From an uncultured Gammaproteobacteria bacterium (GTDB lineage Bacteria > Pseudomonadota > Gammaproteobacteria > Pseudomonadales > Porticoccaceae), in NCBI GenBank assembly GCA_963708735.1, contig CAVPTW010000018.1, positions 1,672-65,671 on the forward strand: 64,000 nt of DNA, written 5' to 3'. Shown here one piece after another: positions 31,658-41,172 of this stretch (its first letter is position 1; each line of letters starts with the position of its first letter). Both the position numbers and the translations under genes were made by a program. The notes under the pieces were generated by a model that was given only the letters and a program-made list of their open reading frames with translations, did no database searches and was not told where the DNA came from.

Positions 31658-32365
31658 CTAATAGGGCAGCAGGCGATCCGTTTCCCTCTTGACCACGGCG
31701 TAGCACTCGCAACTCAATGATTCCAGTTTGGTCCGGTCCAGCACCTCGATGTGCCCGCGGCGGTAGTTGATCACACCGGCGCGCTGCAACTTGCCAGCTG
31801 CTTCGGTAACTCCTTCGCGGCGCACTCCCAGCATGTTGGCAATCAGTTCCTGGGTCATGATCAACTGGTTGCCTGGCACGCGGTCCAGGGACAGCAACAG
31901 CCAGCGGCACAGTTGCTGGTCGATTGAATGGTGGCGGTTGCAGACCGCCGTCTGGGACATCTGGGTTATCAGCGCCTGGGTGTAACGCAACAGGCGAAGT
32001 TGCAGCTCGCCGTGGCGATTGAATTCCTCCTTGAGGTATTGCGCGGGTAGCCGGTGAGCAGTGCCCGCGCTTTGGACAAGCGCCCGACTCGGCGTGCTTT
32101 CCCCGCCCATGAACAGGGCCACACCGACGATGCCATCGTTGCCCACCACCGAGATTTCCGCTGACGCGCCGCTTTCCATGACATAGAGCAGCGACACGAT
32201 GGCGTCAATGGGGAAGAACACATGGTGCAGGATAGCCCCGGATTCATAGAGAATCTTGCCGAGCGGCAGCGCAACAAGTTCGAGATGAGGAAAAATGCGG
32301 TTTTGGACTTCGACAGGCAACCCCCCCAGAAGGCGATTTTGTTGCGGCGGCGGCTGCTCGGGCAT
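31658..32365 (-). CDS. Crp/Fnr-family transcriptional regulator (paralog 2)
   Basis: It is collinear with the 23175-23924 product, sharing for example FMGGESTPS..VQ.AG.A.RL, CNRHHSI.QQLCRWLLL.LDR and GVRREG.TEAAG.LQRAG.I.YRRGHI.VL. Confidence 0.85.
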   Translation of the reverse strand: MPEQPPPQQNRLLGGLPVEVQNRIFPHLELVALPLGKILYESGAILHHVFFPIDAIVSLLYVMESGASAEISVVGNDGIVGVALFMGGESTPSRALVQSAGTAHRLPAQYLKEEFNRHGELQLRLLRYTQALITQMSQTAVCNRHHSIDQQLCRWLLLSLDRVPGNQLIMTQELIANMLGVRREGVTEAAGKLQRAGVINYRRGHIEVLDRTKLESLSCECYAVVKRETDRLLPY

Positions 32366-32625
32366 ACGCGTTTCCTTTTTTTTGGGGAGGCCATGGTAAC
32401 CTTCTGTGTGGGCAAAAATACCACAACTCCCATTTACCGTACTAGCCGGTTATGTACCGTGCCGGTCATGCCCACAAGGGGTTGGGATACCTCCGGGCGT
32501 CGCAGGTGGCCCCGTAAGCGTCATCCAGAACCCGCTGCGTGCGCCTGCGCACCGATTCGATCATTGCGTTCAGTGTAAGAACATCATGTTTTGGGCAGGC
32601 GGAAAGGGGTACGAACATACTTGAA

Positions 32626-32763
32626 ATGATTGCGGTCGTCTTGCTTATGCTGTGGGCGCTGGGACTTGTGTCGTCCTACACTCTCGGCGGATTCATTCAC
32701 CTGCTGTTGGTGGTGGCAGTCATAGTGATTCTGATTCGGGTCATTCAGGGCAAAAGAATTTAG
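32626..32763 (+). CDS. lmo0937-family small membrane protein (45 aa)
   Basis: The product MIAVVLLMLWALGLVSSYTLGGFIHLLLVVAVIVILIRVIQGKRI matches the family pattern (LWLLGxxxxxxxGGxIHxLLVIAxxxxxxxxIxGRR). Confidence 0.6.
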   Translation: MIAVVLLMLWALGLVSSYTLGGFIHLLLVVAVIVILIRVIQGKRI

Positions 32764-33171
32764 GCCCTTCGATTCAACCCCGCTGCGGGTACCGTACTGG
32801 CCTCGGTTCAGGAATTCCCGCAAGGAGACAACGAGACAACAGGACGGATTTGCGAATTCCCACCGGCCCTCAAGGGCGCTGCGCACAGGCTGTCAACGGC
32901 AGCCATCTCGCAACTGCCAGAGTCTCCAACGTGCAGGAGACGAACCGCTGATGTGTCTTCCCGCCTGTCTCTGACAGCGGACCTGGATAAGCCCAAACGG
33001 CTGATTCTCTATGTTTGATAACGTACAGACCAGGCCAACCGGAAGCTCTAAATTCACCCAGGTTCCGATCGACAGGACGCAAACGGAGAAACAGAGCTCG
33101 GCGTCGTGTGCGGGCTGATCTCCAAGAATGCCACCGTGGAGACACCCGTTCGCTTTTGTGGATTGGGGCGG

Positions 33172-33200
33172 ACCGGGTCGATCTGGCCCGGTGTTTTTTT
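33172..33200 (+). terminator. Candidate Rho-independent terminator closing a roughly 400-nt stretch without a convincing CDS
   Basis: A 6-bp GC-rich stem, ACCGGG / CCCGGT, has a 9-nt loop and is followed by G plus T7. Confidence 0.4.
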
Positions 33201-33229
33201 AAATAGACATGTCAACAAGGAAAGCAATC

Positions 33230-33295
33230 ATGATTGGTATTCTGGTCGCAGTGGCACTGGTTTTCACCATTATTTATCTGGCACAAAGAACCTGA
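33230..33295 (+). CDS. Candidate 21-aa hydrophobic peptide (not in the ORF track)
   Basis: My own translation gives MIGILVAVALVFTIIYLAQRT, one TM-length helix. AAGGAAAG lies 6-13 nt upstream of the ATG. The ORF sits between a terminator and the ABC transporter genes. Confidence 0.35.
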   Translation: MIGILVAVALVFTIIYLAQRT

Positions 33296-33319
33296 ACCAG
33301 CGGTATAGCTTCCGGTCCA

Positions 33320-34147
33320 ATGCTTTATCGGACTGAAGGCAATGCAAAGCCGGCCTCCGTGCCGGCCCCCATGTCTCCGCCGGGCCTGTTAGAGGCCGGC
33401 GGCGGCCCCAACACATCAGATCTGGCGCCATTGGAGGGAGAACGCGGTCGATCCACAGAGACTCCGGTGCACGTCGAAGTCAGAAACCTCTCCAAAGTCT
33501 ATGACGGAAACAAGGGACTACAGCTAACGAGCTTTCAGGTCCGCAGCGGCGAATCCGTTGCAATCATCGGCCACAACGGTGCCGGCAAGTCGACTCTGCT
33601 GAAAATCCTGGCCGGCTGGATCATTCCGGATACCGGCTCGGCAACAGTGGAAGGCATCGACCTCAAACACAGGTCGGCACTGGCCCGAAAACTGGGTTTC
33701 GTGCCGGAGAAAACCAACCTCTTCGATTTCTTTTCCGTTGCATACAATCTCAGGCTGTTTGCGCGTCTCTTTCATGTTCCGGACGCCCGGGTCGAAGAGA
33801 CACTGGTGCAATTTGAACTGCTGTCGTTTCGCCGCAACAGAATAGACCAGCTGTCAAAGGGACTCAGGCAGAGGGTCAGCATCGGTCGCGCCCTGCTCGC
33901 CGACCCACCAATGCTGCTTCTGGATGAACCCACCTCAGGCCTCGATTTTGACATGACAAGGCATATTTATCGTCTGCTTGGGGAAATTCACTCGAGCGGG
34001 AAGACAATCCTGTTCACTTCGCACCGGCCCGAAGAAATCAGAGCGCTGGCGACACGAATCATCGTCCTGCATCAGGGCGGCCTGGTATTTGACGGCACTC
34101 CTTCTGAATACTTCGCATCGGGCATTCACCTGAATCTCTACGCATGA
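33320..34147 (+). CDS. ABC transporter ATP-binding protein
   Basis: Walker A is GHNGAGKSTLLK, the signature is LSKGLRQRV and Walker B is LLLDEPTSGLD. The start is uncertain (33320, 33371 or GTG near 33466). Confidence 0.85.
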   Translation: MLYRTEGNAKPASVPAPMSPPGLLEAGGGPNTSDLAPLEGERGRSTETPVHVEVRNLSKVYDGNKGLQLTSFQVRSGESVAIIGHNGAGKSTLLKILAGWIIPDTGSATVEGIDLKHRSALARKLGFVPEKTNLFDFFSVAYNLRLFARLFHVPDARVEETLVQFELLSFRRNRIDQLSKGLRQRVSIGRALLADPPMLLLDEPTSGLDFDMTRHIYRLLGEIHSSGKTILFTSHRPEEIRALATRIIVLHQGGLVFDGTPSEYFASGIHLNLYA

Positions 34148-35178
34148 TGCGAAACGTTTTGACACTGACGCTGAACGATCTTGCCATCGCATTCAGGAAC
34201 AAGACGCTACAACTGGTTCTCCTCATTCCTCTGTTCGTGTTCTTTTCCCTGGAAATGGTGGACCAGGGTGATTCCGGATTGCAACGAGTCAATATCGGGT
34301 TGCTCAAGAGCGCGCACTATTCCCAGGCGTTGATCGGCGGTATTGAATCGGCTGATCGAACCTTCGACGTGGTGTGGCTGGGTGATACCGAAGCAGCGCA
34401 AACCGCGTTGCAAGGCAAAAAGATTGACGGCTTTCTGGCCAGTTCTGCGCGCGAGCCCGGGAGCGTGGAACTGTTCGTGTCGACGAAAACCTCGCTGAAG
34501 ACTCTCGCCATGGTCGAGGGCATTTCGGCGATCCAGGATGCCACCGAAGGGAAACGCAAACCATGGATCGCCGCGATCCAGCCGCTCCATGACAGCGACC
34601 TCCAGAGGCAGACGTTGCCGACCTGGATTTTGATGCTGGTCTTGCTTATCGGCTTCATCATCGTCCCGGTGCAGGTCGCGGAGGAGAAGGAAAAGCACCT
34701 GCTGCTGGGGCTCTTGCAGACGCCCATCCGCGAAATCGAGTGGCTGCTGGCGAAACTGTTGCTCGGAATAGTCCTGACGATGCTCGCCGCAGGATTGCTG
34801 CAGTTGCTGGGCAGATTCGCATTCGATGGCCGCGCCGCGGCCAGCTACCTGGCGATCCTCATCGCCGCTGGATTCTGTTTCAGTGCGATCGGAATCTTTC
34901 TCGGCTTTCTGTGCCGCAGCCAGGCAAGCGCACGCACGCTCGGGATGCTGGTCTATCTTCCCAACCTGCTCCCGGCGGCGCTCTCGGAGTTCTCCCAAAA
35001 GCTCAGCAGCGTGGCTCCGCTGCTGCCTTCATTTCACTTTTACATGCCGATGAAAGCGATCCTGCTGGAAGGTGGCAGCCTGACGACCTATCCGATCGAG
35101 TTGATCTATCTGCTCTCGGTTGGCGCTGTAATGCTGCTTTTGTCCTGGCTTCTCATGAAAAAACGCTGGCTTATGTAG
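34144..35178 (+). CDS. ABC-2-type transporter permease
   Basis: It overlaps the ATPase stop by 4 nt. An N-terminal TM helix and a large loop are followed by 5 C-terminal TM helices, which is typical of the ABC-2 family. Confidence 0.75.
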   Translation: MMRNVLTLTLNDLAIAFRNKTLQLVLLIPLFVFFSLEMVDQGDSGLQRVNIGLLKSAHYSQALIGGIESADRTFDVVWLGDTEAAQTALQGKKIDGFLASSAREPGSVELFVSTKTSLKTLAMVEGISAIQDATEGKRKPWIAAIQPLHDSDLQRQTLPTWILMLVLLIGFIIVPVQVAEEKEKHLLLGLLQTPIREIEWLLAKLLLGIVLTMLAAGLLQLLGRFAFDGRAAASYLAILIAAGFCFSAIGIFLGFLCRSQASARTLGMLVYLPNLLPAALSEFSQKLSSVAPLLPSFHFYMPMKAILLEGGSLTTYPIELIYLLSVGAVMLLLSWLLMKKRWLM

Positions 35179-35185
35179 CGGTCCG

Positions 35186-35404
35186 TCAAACCAGGCCCAC
35201 CGCCTGCACCGCCTCCGGACTCAGCCCGTCTGCGCCCCGACGCGCGTGTTCCTTGAGCTTCGCCGTCATGACTGGCGTCCAGAAGCGCCTCATGTGCGCG
35301 GCGGCGTTTTCGATGCGGGCCTCGGGAGTGAGGGCGGGCACATTGGCGACGATCTGGTTGGCCATCTTGACCAGGTGTTCCACGGACGACTCTGACACCT
35401 TCAT
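35186..35404 (-). CDS. fdsD: Formate dehydrogenase delta subunit
   Basis: The family core LVKMANQI....RRFWTP.M is present in this 72-aa product. It is the last gene of the fds cluster. Confidence 0.75.
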   Translation of the reverse strand: MKVSESSVEHLVKMANQIVANVPALTPEARIENAAAHMRRFWTPVMTAKLKEHARRGADGLSPEAVQAVGLV

Positions 35405-36258
35405 TCACTCCCGATGATGCGTTGCGGATGGGTATAGACCATGTGGCGGCCGGGGCGGGCGAAGCCGACCAGCGTGAGGTTGGCCGCCTCGGCCAGCTCG
35501 ATGGCGAGCGCCGTGGGCGCGGACACCGCAGCCAGGATGGCGATACCCTGGCTCGCGGCCTTGACCACCATTTCGTAGCTGGCCCTGCTGGAAATCAGTG
35601 CGAAGCCCGCATCCCAGGGCGCCGCGAGTCGGCAGCGCGCACCGATCAGCTTGTCGAGGGCATTGTGACGGCCGACGTCTTCACGCAGCGCGAGAATCTG
35701 GCCCGCGACATCGCACCAGGCGGCACCGTGGACGGCGCCGGTGTGCGCCTGCAAGGGTTGATGGGCGGACAATTGCGCAACCGCGCGTTCGATGGCGGCG
35801 TGGTCGATCCGGAAATTTCCGGCCACGGGGGCTGGCTTGCGCACCGCCTGTTGCAGGGATTCGGCTCCGCACAGACCGCAGCCGGTGCGGCCGGTGAGGT
35901 TGCGGCGCACGGCCTTGAGCGCCGCCAGACGTTCGGCGGCGATGGTCATGGCCACTTCGATGCCGCTGGCTTGCGGCAGCACTTCAAGATCGTAGAGTTC
36001 GCGGGGATCCGCGAGGATGCCTTCGGTCAGGCTGAAGCCGAGGGCGAATTCCTCCAGGTCGGCGGGAGTCGCCATCATCACCACATGGGAGATGCCGTTG
36101 TAGACCAGCGCCACCGGCAGCTCGCAGGCGACGGTATCGGTCACCTCCGCGCTGCCGCCGCGGCGCCAGTCACGGGCGCCGACGACCTGGCTGATCGGGA
36201 CGTCGGCTAGCGGTGCGGCACCGACTGCCTCCTCAGCCTGCGGGACTGGGCGTTTCAT
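35401..36258 (-). CDS. fdhD: Formate dehydrogenase accessory sulfurtransferase
   Basis: Motifs TGRTGCGLCG, VGRHNALDKLIG and ISSRASYEMVVKAA. Confidence 0.9.
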   Translation of the reverse strand: MKRPVPQAEEAVGAAPLADVPISQVVGARDWRRGGSAEVTDTVACELPVALVYNGISHVVMMATPADLEEFALGFSLTEGILADPRELYDLEVLPQASGIEVAMTIAAERLAALKAVRRNLTGRTGCGLCGAESLQQAVRKPAPVAGNFRIDHAAIERAVAQLSAHQPLQAHTGAVHGAAWCDVAGQILALREDVGRHNALDKLIGARCRLAAPWDAGFALISSRASYEMVVKAASQGIAILAAVSAPTALAIELAEAANLTLVGFARPGRHMVYTHPQRIIGSE

Positions 36259-39151
36259 CCCGCTGCCTGGCGCGGCGCAGCAGTTCGCGCTGCTCGGTAT
36301 CGAAGGCGCGCTGGCGGCTCTGCCAGTTCGAGGGCGCGGTGACCTTGCTCACCTGCACCGCGGTCACCTTGTACTCGGGGCAGTTGGTGGCCCAGTCGGA
36401 GTTGTCGGTGGTGACGACATTGGCGCCCGAGAAGGGATGGTGGAAGGTGGTGTAGACGACGCCCGGCTGCACCCGCTCGGTGATGCGGGCGCGCAGCACG
36501 GTATCGCCGACACGGCTCTGGATACCGACCCAGTCGCCCTCGGCGATGCCGCGCTCCTCGGCGTCGTGGGGATGGATCTCCAGAATGTCCTCGGGATGCC
36601 AGGTGCTGTTGGCGGTGCGCCGGGTCTGGGCGCCGACGTTGTACTGGCTGAGGATACGCCCGGTGGTGAGCAGCAGCGGAAACTTGCGGTTGGCGCGCTC
36701 TTCGGTGGGCACGTATTCGGTCATCACGAACAGGCCCTTGCCGCGCACGAATTCGTCCTCGTGCATGGTGGGTGTGCCCTCGGGCGCCGCGTCATTGCAG
36801 GGCCACTGGATGCTGCCCAGGCGGTCGAGCTGGGCGTAACTGACGCCTGCGAAGGTGGGCGTGAGGGCGGCGATCTCGTCCATGATCTCGCTCGGATGCG
36901 CGTAGTTCATGGCCATGCCCAGGGCGCGGGCAAACCCCTGGGTCACCTCCCAGTCGGCCAGCCCGGCGAGCGGCGGCATCGCCTTGCGCACCCGCGAGAT
37001 GCGGCGCTCGGCGTTGGTGAAGGTACCGTCCTTTTCCAGGAAGGAAGCACCGGGCAGAAACACATGGGCGAACTTGGCGGTCTCGTTCAGGAACAGGTCC
37101 TGCACGATCAGGCATTCCAGTGCCGACAGCGCCGCCTCGACGTGGTGGGTGTTGGGATCGGACTGGGCGATGTCCTCGCCCTGGCAGTAGAGCCCCCTGA
37201 AGTCGCCGTCGATGGCAGCGTCAAACATGTTGGGGATGCGCAGACCGGGTTCGTCGTCCAGCTTCACGCTCCACCGAGTCTCGAAACTGGCGCGGGTGGC
37301 GGCGTCGGAAATATGCCGGTAACCGGGCAGTTCGTGGGGGAAGGAGCCCATGTCGCAGGAGCCCTGCACATTGTTCTGGCCCCGCAGCGGGTTCACCCCA
37401 ACGCCTTCGCGACCGATGTTGCCGGTGGCCATGGCGAGGTTGGCGATGCCCATCACGGTGGTCGAACCCTGGCTGTGCTCGGTCACTCCCAGGCCGTAAT
37501 AGATGGCGGCATTGCCCGCCGTCGCATAGAGCCGGGCGGCGGCGCGCAGGTCGGTGGCGGGAATGCCGGTGACCGACTCGGTGGCCTCGGGCGAGTGCCT
37601 TGGGTCGCTGACGAAACTGCGCCAGGCCTCATAGGCCGGCTGCTCGCAGCGCGCGGCGATGAAGGCGCGATCCTCGAGTCCTTCGGTCACCACCACATGG
37701 GCCATGGCATTGATGAAGGCGACATTGGTGCCCGGGCGTACCGGCAGGTAATAACTGGCTTTGACGTGGGGCGAATCGACCAGATCGATGCGGCGCGGGT
37801 CCACCACGATCAGCTTCGCGCCCTCGCGCAGGCGGCGCTTGAGCCGCGAGGCGAACACCGGGTGCGCGTCGGTGGGATTGGCGCCCATCACCAGGATGAC
37901 ATCGGCGCTGGCCACGGAGGCAAAGGTCTGGGTGCCGGCGGATTCGCCCAGGGTGGTCTTGAGGCCATAGCCCGTGGGCGAGTGGCAGACGCGCGCGCAG
38001 GTATCCACATTGTTGTTGCCGAAGCCCGCCCGCACCAGCTTCTGGACAATGTAGACCTCTTCATTGGTGCAGCGCGAGGAGGTGATGGCGCCGATGCTGT
38101 TGCGGCCGTATTTTTCCTGAATGGCGCGCAGCTTGGCGGCGGCGAACTGAAAGGCCTCGTCCCAGGAGACGGCGCGCCAGGGCTGGTCGATGCGTTCACG
38201 CACCATGGGGGTGGTGATGCGGTCGGCGTGGGTGGCGTAGCCGAACGCGAAGCGACCCTTGACGCAGGCATGGCCCTCGTTGGCCTTGCCGTCCTTCCAG
38301 GGCTTCATGTTGACCACGGTGGTGCCGCGCATCTCGGCCTTGAAGCCGCAGCCGACGCCGCAGTAGGCGCAGGTGGTGATGACGCTGTGCTCGGGCTGGC
38401 CGAACTCGATCACCCGGTTTTCGATCAGGGTCGCGGTGGGGCAGGCATTCACGCAGGCGCCGCAGGACACGCACTCGGAATCGATAAAGGGCTGGTCCTG
38501 GCTGGCGCTCACCCTGGACGCGAAGCCGCGGCCGTCGATGGTGAGTGCGAAGGTGCCCTGGGTCTCCTCGCAGGCGCGCACGCAGCGGGAGCAGACGATG
38601 CATTTGGCCGGGTCGAAGGTGAAATAGGGGTTCGAGGTGTCTTTCTCGGCGTCCAGATGATTGGCGCCGGCATAGCCGTAACGTACCGCGCGCAGCCCGA
38701 CTTCGCCCGCGGTGTCCTGGAGTTCGCAGTTGCCGTTGGCGGCGCAGGTGAGGCAGTCGAGCGGGTGATCGGAGATGTAGAGCTCCATCACGTTGCGGCG
38801 CAGGCGCGCCACGGCGTCGGTCTGGGTGGTCACCACCATGCCGTTTTCCACCGGCGTGGTGCAGGACGCCGGATAGCCCTTGCGACCTTCGATGGCCACC
38901 ATGCACATGCGGCAGGAGCCAAAGGGCTGGAGCGAATCCGTCGCGCACAATTTGGGCACCTTGATGCCCAGCTCGGCGGCGGCGCGCAGCACCGAGGTGC
39001 CGGCCGGGACGGAGACTTCGCGGCCGTCGATCAGCAGCGTAACCGTCGCCTCGCTCAGGCTGGGCGGCGTGCCGTAGTCCCGTTCGGGTCGATCCTGCCG
39101 GGGGTCGTAGTACTGGGGTTCGAAGCCCTTTGCTTGATGGTGCTGGAGCAT
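36233..39151 (-). CDS. fdsA: NAD-dependent formate dehydrogenase alpha subunit (Mo-bisPGD, Fe-S)
   Basis: It has an N-terminal 2Fe-2S and 4Fe-4S Cys-cluster region (CRMCMV, CDTCARVCH-like motifs) followed by molybdopterin oxidoreductase domains. The length is 972 aa. Confidence 0.93.
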   Translation of the reverse strand: MLQHHQAKGFEPQYYDPRQDRPERDYGTPPSLSEATVTLLIDGREVSVPAGTSVLRAAAELGIKVPKLCATDSLQPFGSCRMCMVAIEGRKGYPASCTTPVENGMVVTTQTDAVARLRRNVMELYISDHPLDCLTCAANGNCELQDTAGEVGLRAVRYGYAGANHLDAEKDTSNPYFTFDPAKCIVCSRCVRACEETQGTFALTIDGRGFASRVSASQDQPFIDSECVSCGACVNACPTATLIENRVIEFGQPEHSVITTCAYCGVGCGFKAEMRGTTVVNMKPWKDGKANEGHACVKGRFAFGYATHADRITTPMVRERIDQPWRAVSWDEAFQFAAAKLRAIQEKYGRNSIGAITSSRCTNEEVYIVQKLVRAGFGNNNVDTCARVCHSPTGYGLKTTLGESAGTQTFASVASADVILVMGANPTDAHPVFASRLKRRLREGAKLIVVDPRRIDLVDSPHVKASYYLPVRPGTNVAFINAMAHVVVTEGLEDRAFIAARCEQPAYEAWRSFVSDPRHSPEATESVTGIPATDLRAAARLYATAGNAAIYYGLGVTEHSQGSTTVMGIANLAMATGNIGREGVGVNPLRGQNNVQGSCDMGSFPHELPGYRHISDAATRASFETRWSVKLDDEPGLRIPNMFDAAIDGDFRGLYCQGEDIAQSDPNTHHVEAALSALECLIVQDLFLNETAKFAHVFLPGASFLEKDGTFTNAERRISRVRKAMPPLAGLADWEVTQGFARALGMAMNYAHPSEIMDEIAALTPTFAGVSYAQLDRLGSIQWPCNDAAPEGTPTMHEDEFVRGKGLFVMTEYVPTEERANRKFPLLLTTGRILSQYNVGAQTRRTANSTWHPEDILEIHPHDAEERGIAEGDWVGIQSRVGDTVLRARITERVQPGVVYTTFHHPFSGANVVTTDNSDWATNCPEYKVTAVQVSKVTAPSNWQSRQRAFDTEQRELLRRARQRDETPSPAG

Positions 39152-39166
39152 ATTCGCCTCCCGGGG

Positions 39167-40699
39167 TCAGGCCCCGAAATCCTCCGGAAATTTTTCCACG
39201 GCGCTGCGCACCGGCATCGGCGTGAGTCCACCCATGGCACACAGTGAACCGTATTCCATGGTGTCGCACAGTTCTTTCAGCAGCAGCAGGTTGTCGGCAC
39301 GCTCGGTGTCGGCGCGGATGCGGTCGATGACCTCGACGCCGCGCACCGAGCCGATACGGCAGGGCGTGCACTTGCCGCAGGATTCGGCGACGCAGAATTC
39401 CATCGCAAAGCGTGCCTGCTCCGCCATGTCGACGCTGTCGTCGAACACCACCACGCCGCCGTGGCCGAGCATGGCGCGCTGGGCGGCAAAGGCTTCGTAG
39501 TCGAGGGGCAGGTCGAGTTCGTCGGCGCGGAGATAAGCCCCGAGCGGCCCGCCCACCTGCACCGCGCGCAGCGGCCGGCCGCTGGCGGTACCGCCTCCGA
39601 AGTCTTCGATCAGCGCGCGCAGACTCATCCCGAACGGCACTTCCACCACCCCGCCGCGCTTGATATTGCCGGCCAGCTGCATCGGCAAGGTGCCGAGCGA
39701 ACGGCCAGAGCCCAGGGCGCGATACCAGTCGGCGCCACGCGCGAGGATCGCCGCCGCGCTGGCCAGGGTCAGCACATTGTTGATGACGGTCGGTTTGCCG
39801 AACAGGCCCTGAATGGCGGGCAGCGGCGGCTTGGCGCGCACCAGCCCGCGGCGGCCTTCGAGGCTTTCCAAGAGCGAAGTCTCCTCGCCGCAGATATAGG
39901 CGCCGGCACCGAGGCGGGCTTCCAGTTCGAAGGCGCGACCGCTGCCGCACACATCCGGGCCCAGATAACCGTCTTCGCGGGCCAGCGCGATGGCGGCGCG
40001 CAGCACGGCGAAGGCGCGCGGGTACTCCGAGCGCACATAGACATAGCCCCGGGTGGCGCCCACCGCGAGCCCGGCGATGATCATGCCTTCAATGAGCTGG
40101 AGCGGGTCCGCCTCCAGCAGCAGGCGGTCGGCGAAAGTGCCGGAATCGCCTTCATCGGCGTTGCAGACGATGTACTTCTGATCCGCCGCCGTATCCAGCA
40201 CCGTCTGCCACTTGATGCCGGCGGGAAATGCCGCGCCACCGCGACCCCGCAGCCCGGAGGTCTTGATGGCATCGACGATCTGCTGGCTGCTCAGCGTCAG
40301 CGCGCGGTCGAGCCCGGCGAAGCCGCCGGTGCGGCGGTAATCGGCGATGCTCAGGGGGTCGATCACCCCGGCGCGGGCGAAGTTGATCCGGGTCTGTTTT
40401 TGCAGATAGGGAATCTGTTCGGTTGGACCCAGCGCCAGGGGATGCTCACCCCCGGTGAGCAGGTCGCGGTCGAACAGCTCGGCGACATCGGCGACGGACA
40501 CCGGTCCGTAGGCGACGCGCCCGGCGGCGGTTTCGACTTCGATCAGGGGTTCGAGCCAGAACAGGCCGCGGGAGCCGTTGCGTACCAGGTCGATGTCGAG
40601 GCCGCGGGCGCGGGCCTGATCCACGAGGGCGGCGGCCACCTGGTCGGCGCCCAGGGCACAGGCGGTGCTGTCGCCGGGGACAAACACCCGCACGTTCAT
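39167..40699 (-). CDS. fdsB: Formate dehydrogenase beta subunit (NuoF-like, FMN/NAD-binding)
   Basis: The FMN site is GLRGRGGAAFPAGIKW and the 4Fe-4S motif is ESCGKCTPCR. The ATG at 40699 overlaps the fdsG stop by 4 nt. Confidence 0.9.
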   Translation of the reverse strand: MNVRVFVPGDSTACALGADQVAAALVDQARARGLDIDLVRNGSRGLFWLEPLIEVETAAGRVAYGPVSVADVAELFDRDLLTGGEHPLALGPTEQIPYLQKQTRINFARAGVIDPLSIADYRRTGGFAGLDRALTLSSQQIVDAIKTSGLRGRGGAAFPAGIKWQTVLDTAADQKYIVCNADEGDSGTFADRLLLEADPLQLIEGMIIAGLAVGATRGYVYVRSEYPRAFAVLRAAIALAREDGYLGPDVCGSGRAFELEARLGAGAYICGEETSLLESLEGRRGLVRAKPPLPAIQGLFGKPTVINNVLTLASAAAILARGADWYRALGSGRSLGTLPMQLAGNIKRGGVVEVPFGMSLRALIEDFGGGTASGRPLRAVQVGGPLGAYLRADELDLPLDYEAFAAQRAMLGHGGVVVFDDSVDMAEQARFAMEFCVAESCGKCTPCRIGSVRGVEVIDRIRADTERADNLLLLKELCDTMEYGSLCAMGGLTPMPVRSAVEKFPEDFGA

Positions 40700-41172
40700 G
40701 AATTCCCCCTGAGCCTGGCGAGCAGGTTGTCGAAGGACTGGGGCGACACTCGCGCGTGGAGCTGATCGTCGACCTGCATCGAAGGACCACAGGCGCAGTT
40801 GCCCAGGCAATAGACGGGTTTCAGGGTCACTTTGCCGTCCGCCGTGGTGGCGCCGAACTCGATTCCCAGACGTTGCTTCACATGAGCCTCCAGCGCCCGG
40901 GAGCCCACGGCCTGGCAGGCTTCGGCGCGGCACATCTGGACCACATGCTCACCGGCGGGAGAAGTGCGGAAATGGTGGTAAAAACTGATGACGCCATGGA
41001 CCTCGGCGCGCGACAGGTTGAGCGCGGCAGCGACGGCCGGCACCGCTGTCGCCGGCACATGACCCAGTTCGTGCTGGATTTCGTGGAGGATCGGCAGCAG
41101 CGCCCCGGGCAGGTGCCGCAGCCGGTCGAGTATGCTGGCAACCCGGAGATCAACCGTATCAGCGTCCATCAA
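40696..41172 (-). CDS. fdsG: Formate dehydrogenase gamma subunit (NuoE-like 2Fe-2S)
   Basis: Motifs LLPILHEIQHELGHVP, CRAEAC and CLGNCACGP. Confidence 0.88.
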   Translation of the reverse strand: MMDADTVDLRVASILDRLRHLPGALLPILHEIQHELGHVPATAVPAVAAALNLSRAEVHGVISFYHHFRTSPAGEHVVQMCRAEACQAVGSRALEAHVKQRLGIEFGATTADGKVTLKPVYCLGNCACGPSMQVDDQLHARVSPQSFDNLLARLRGNS

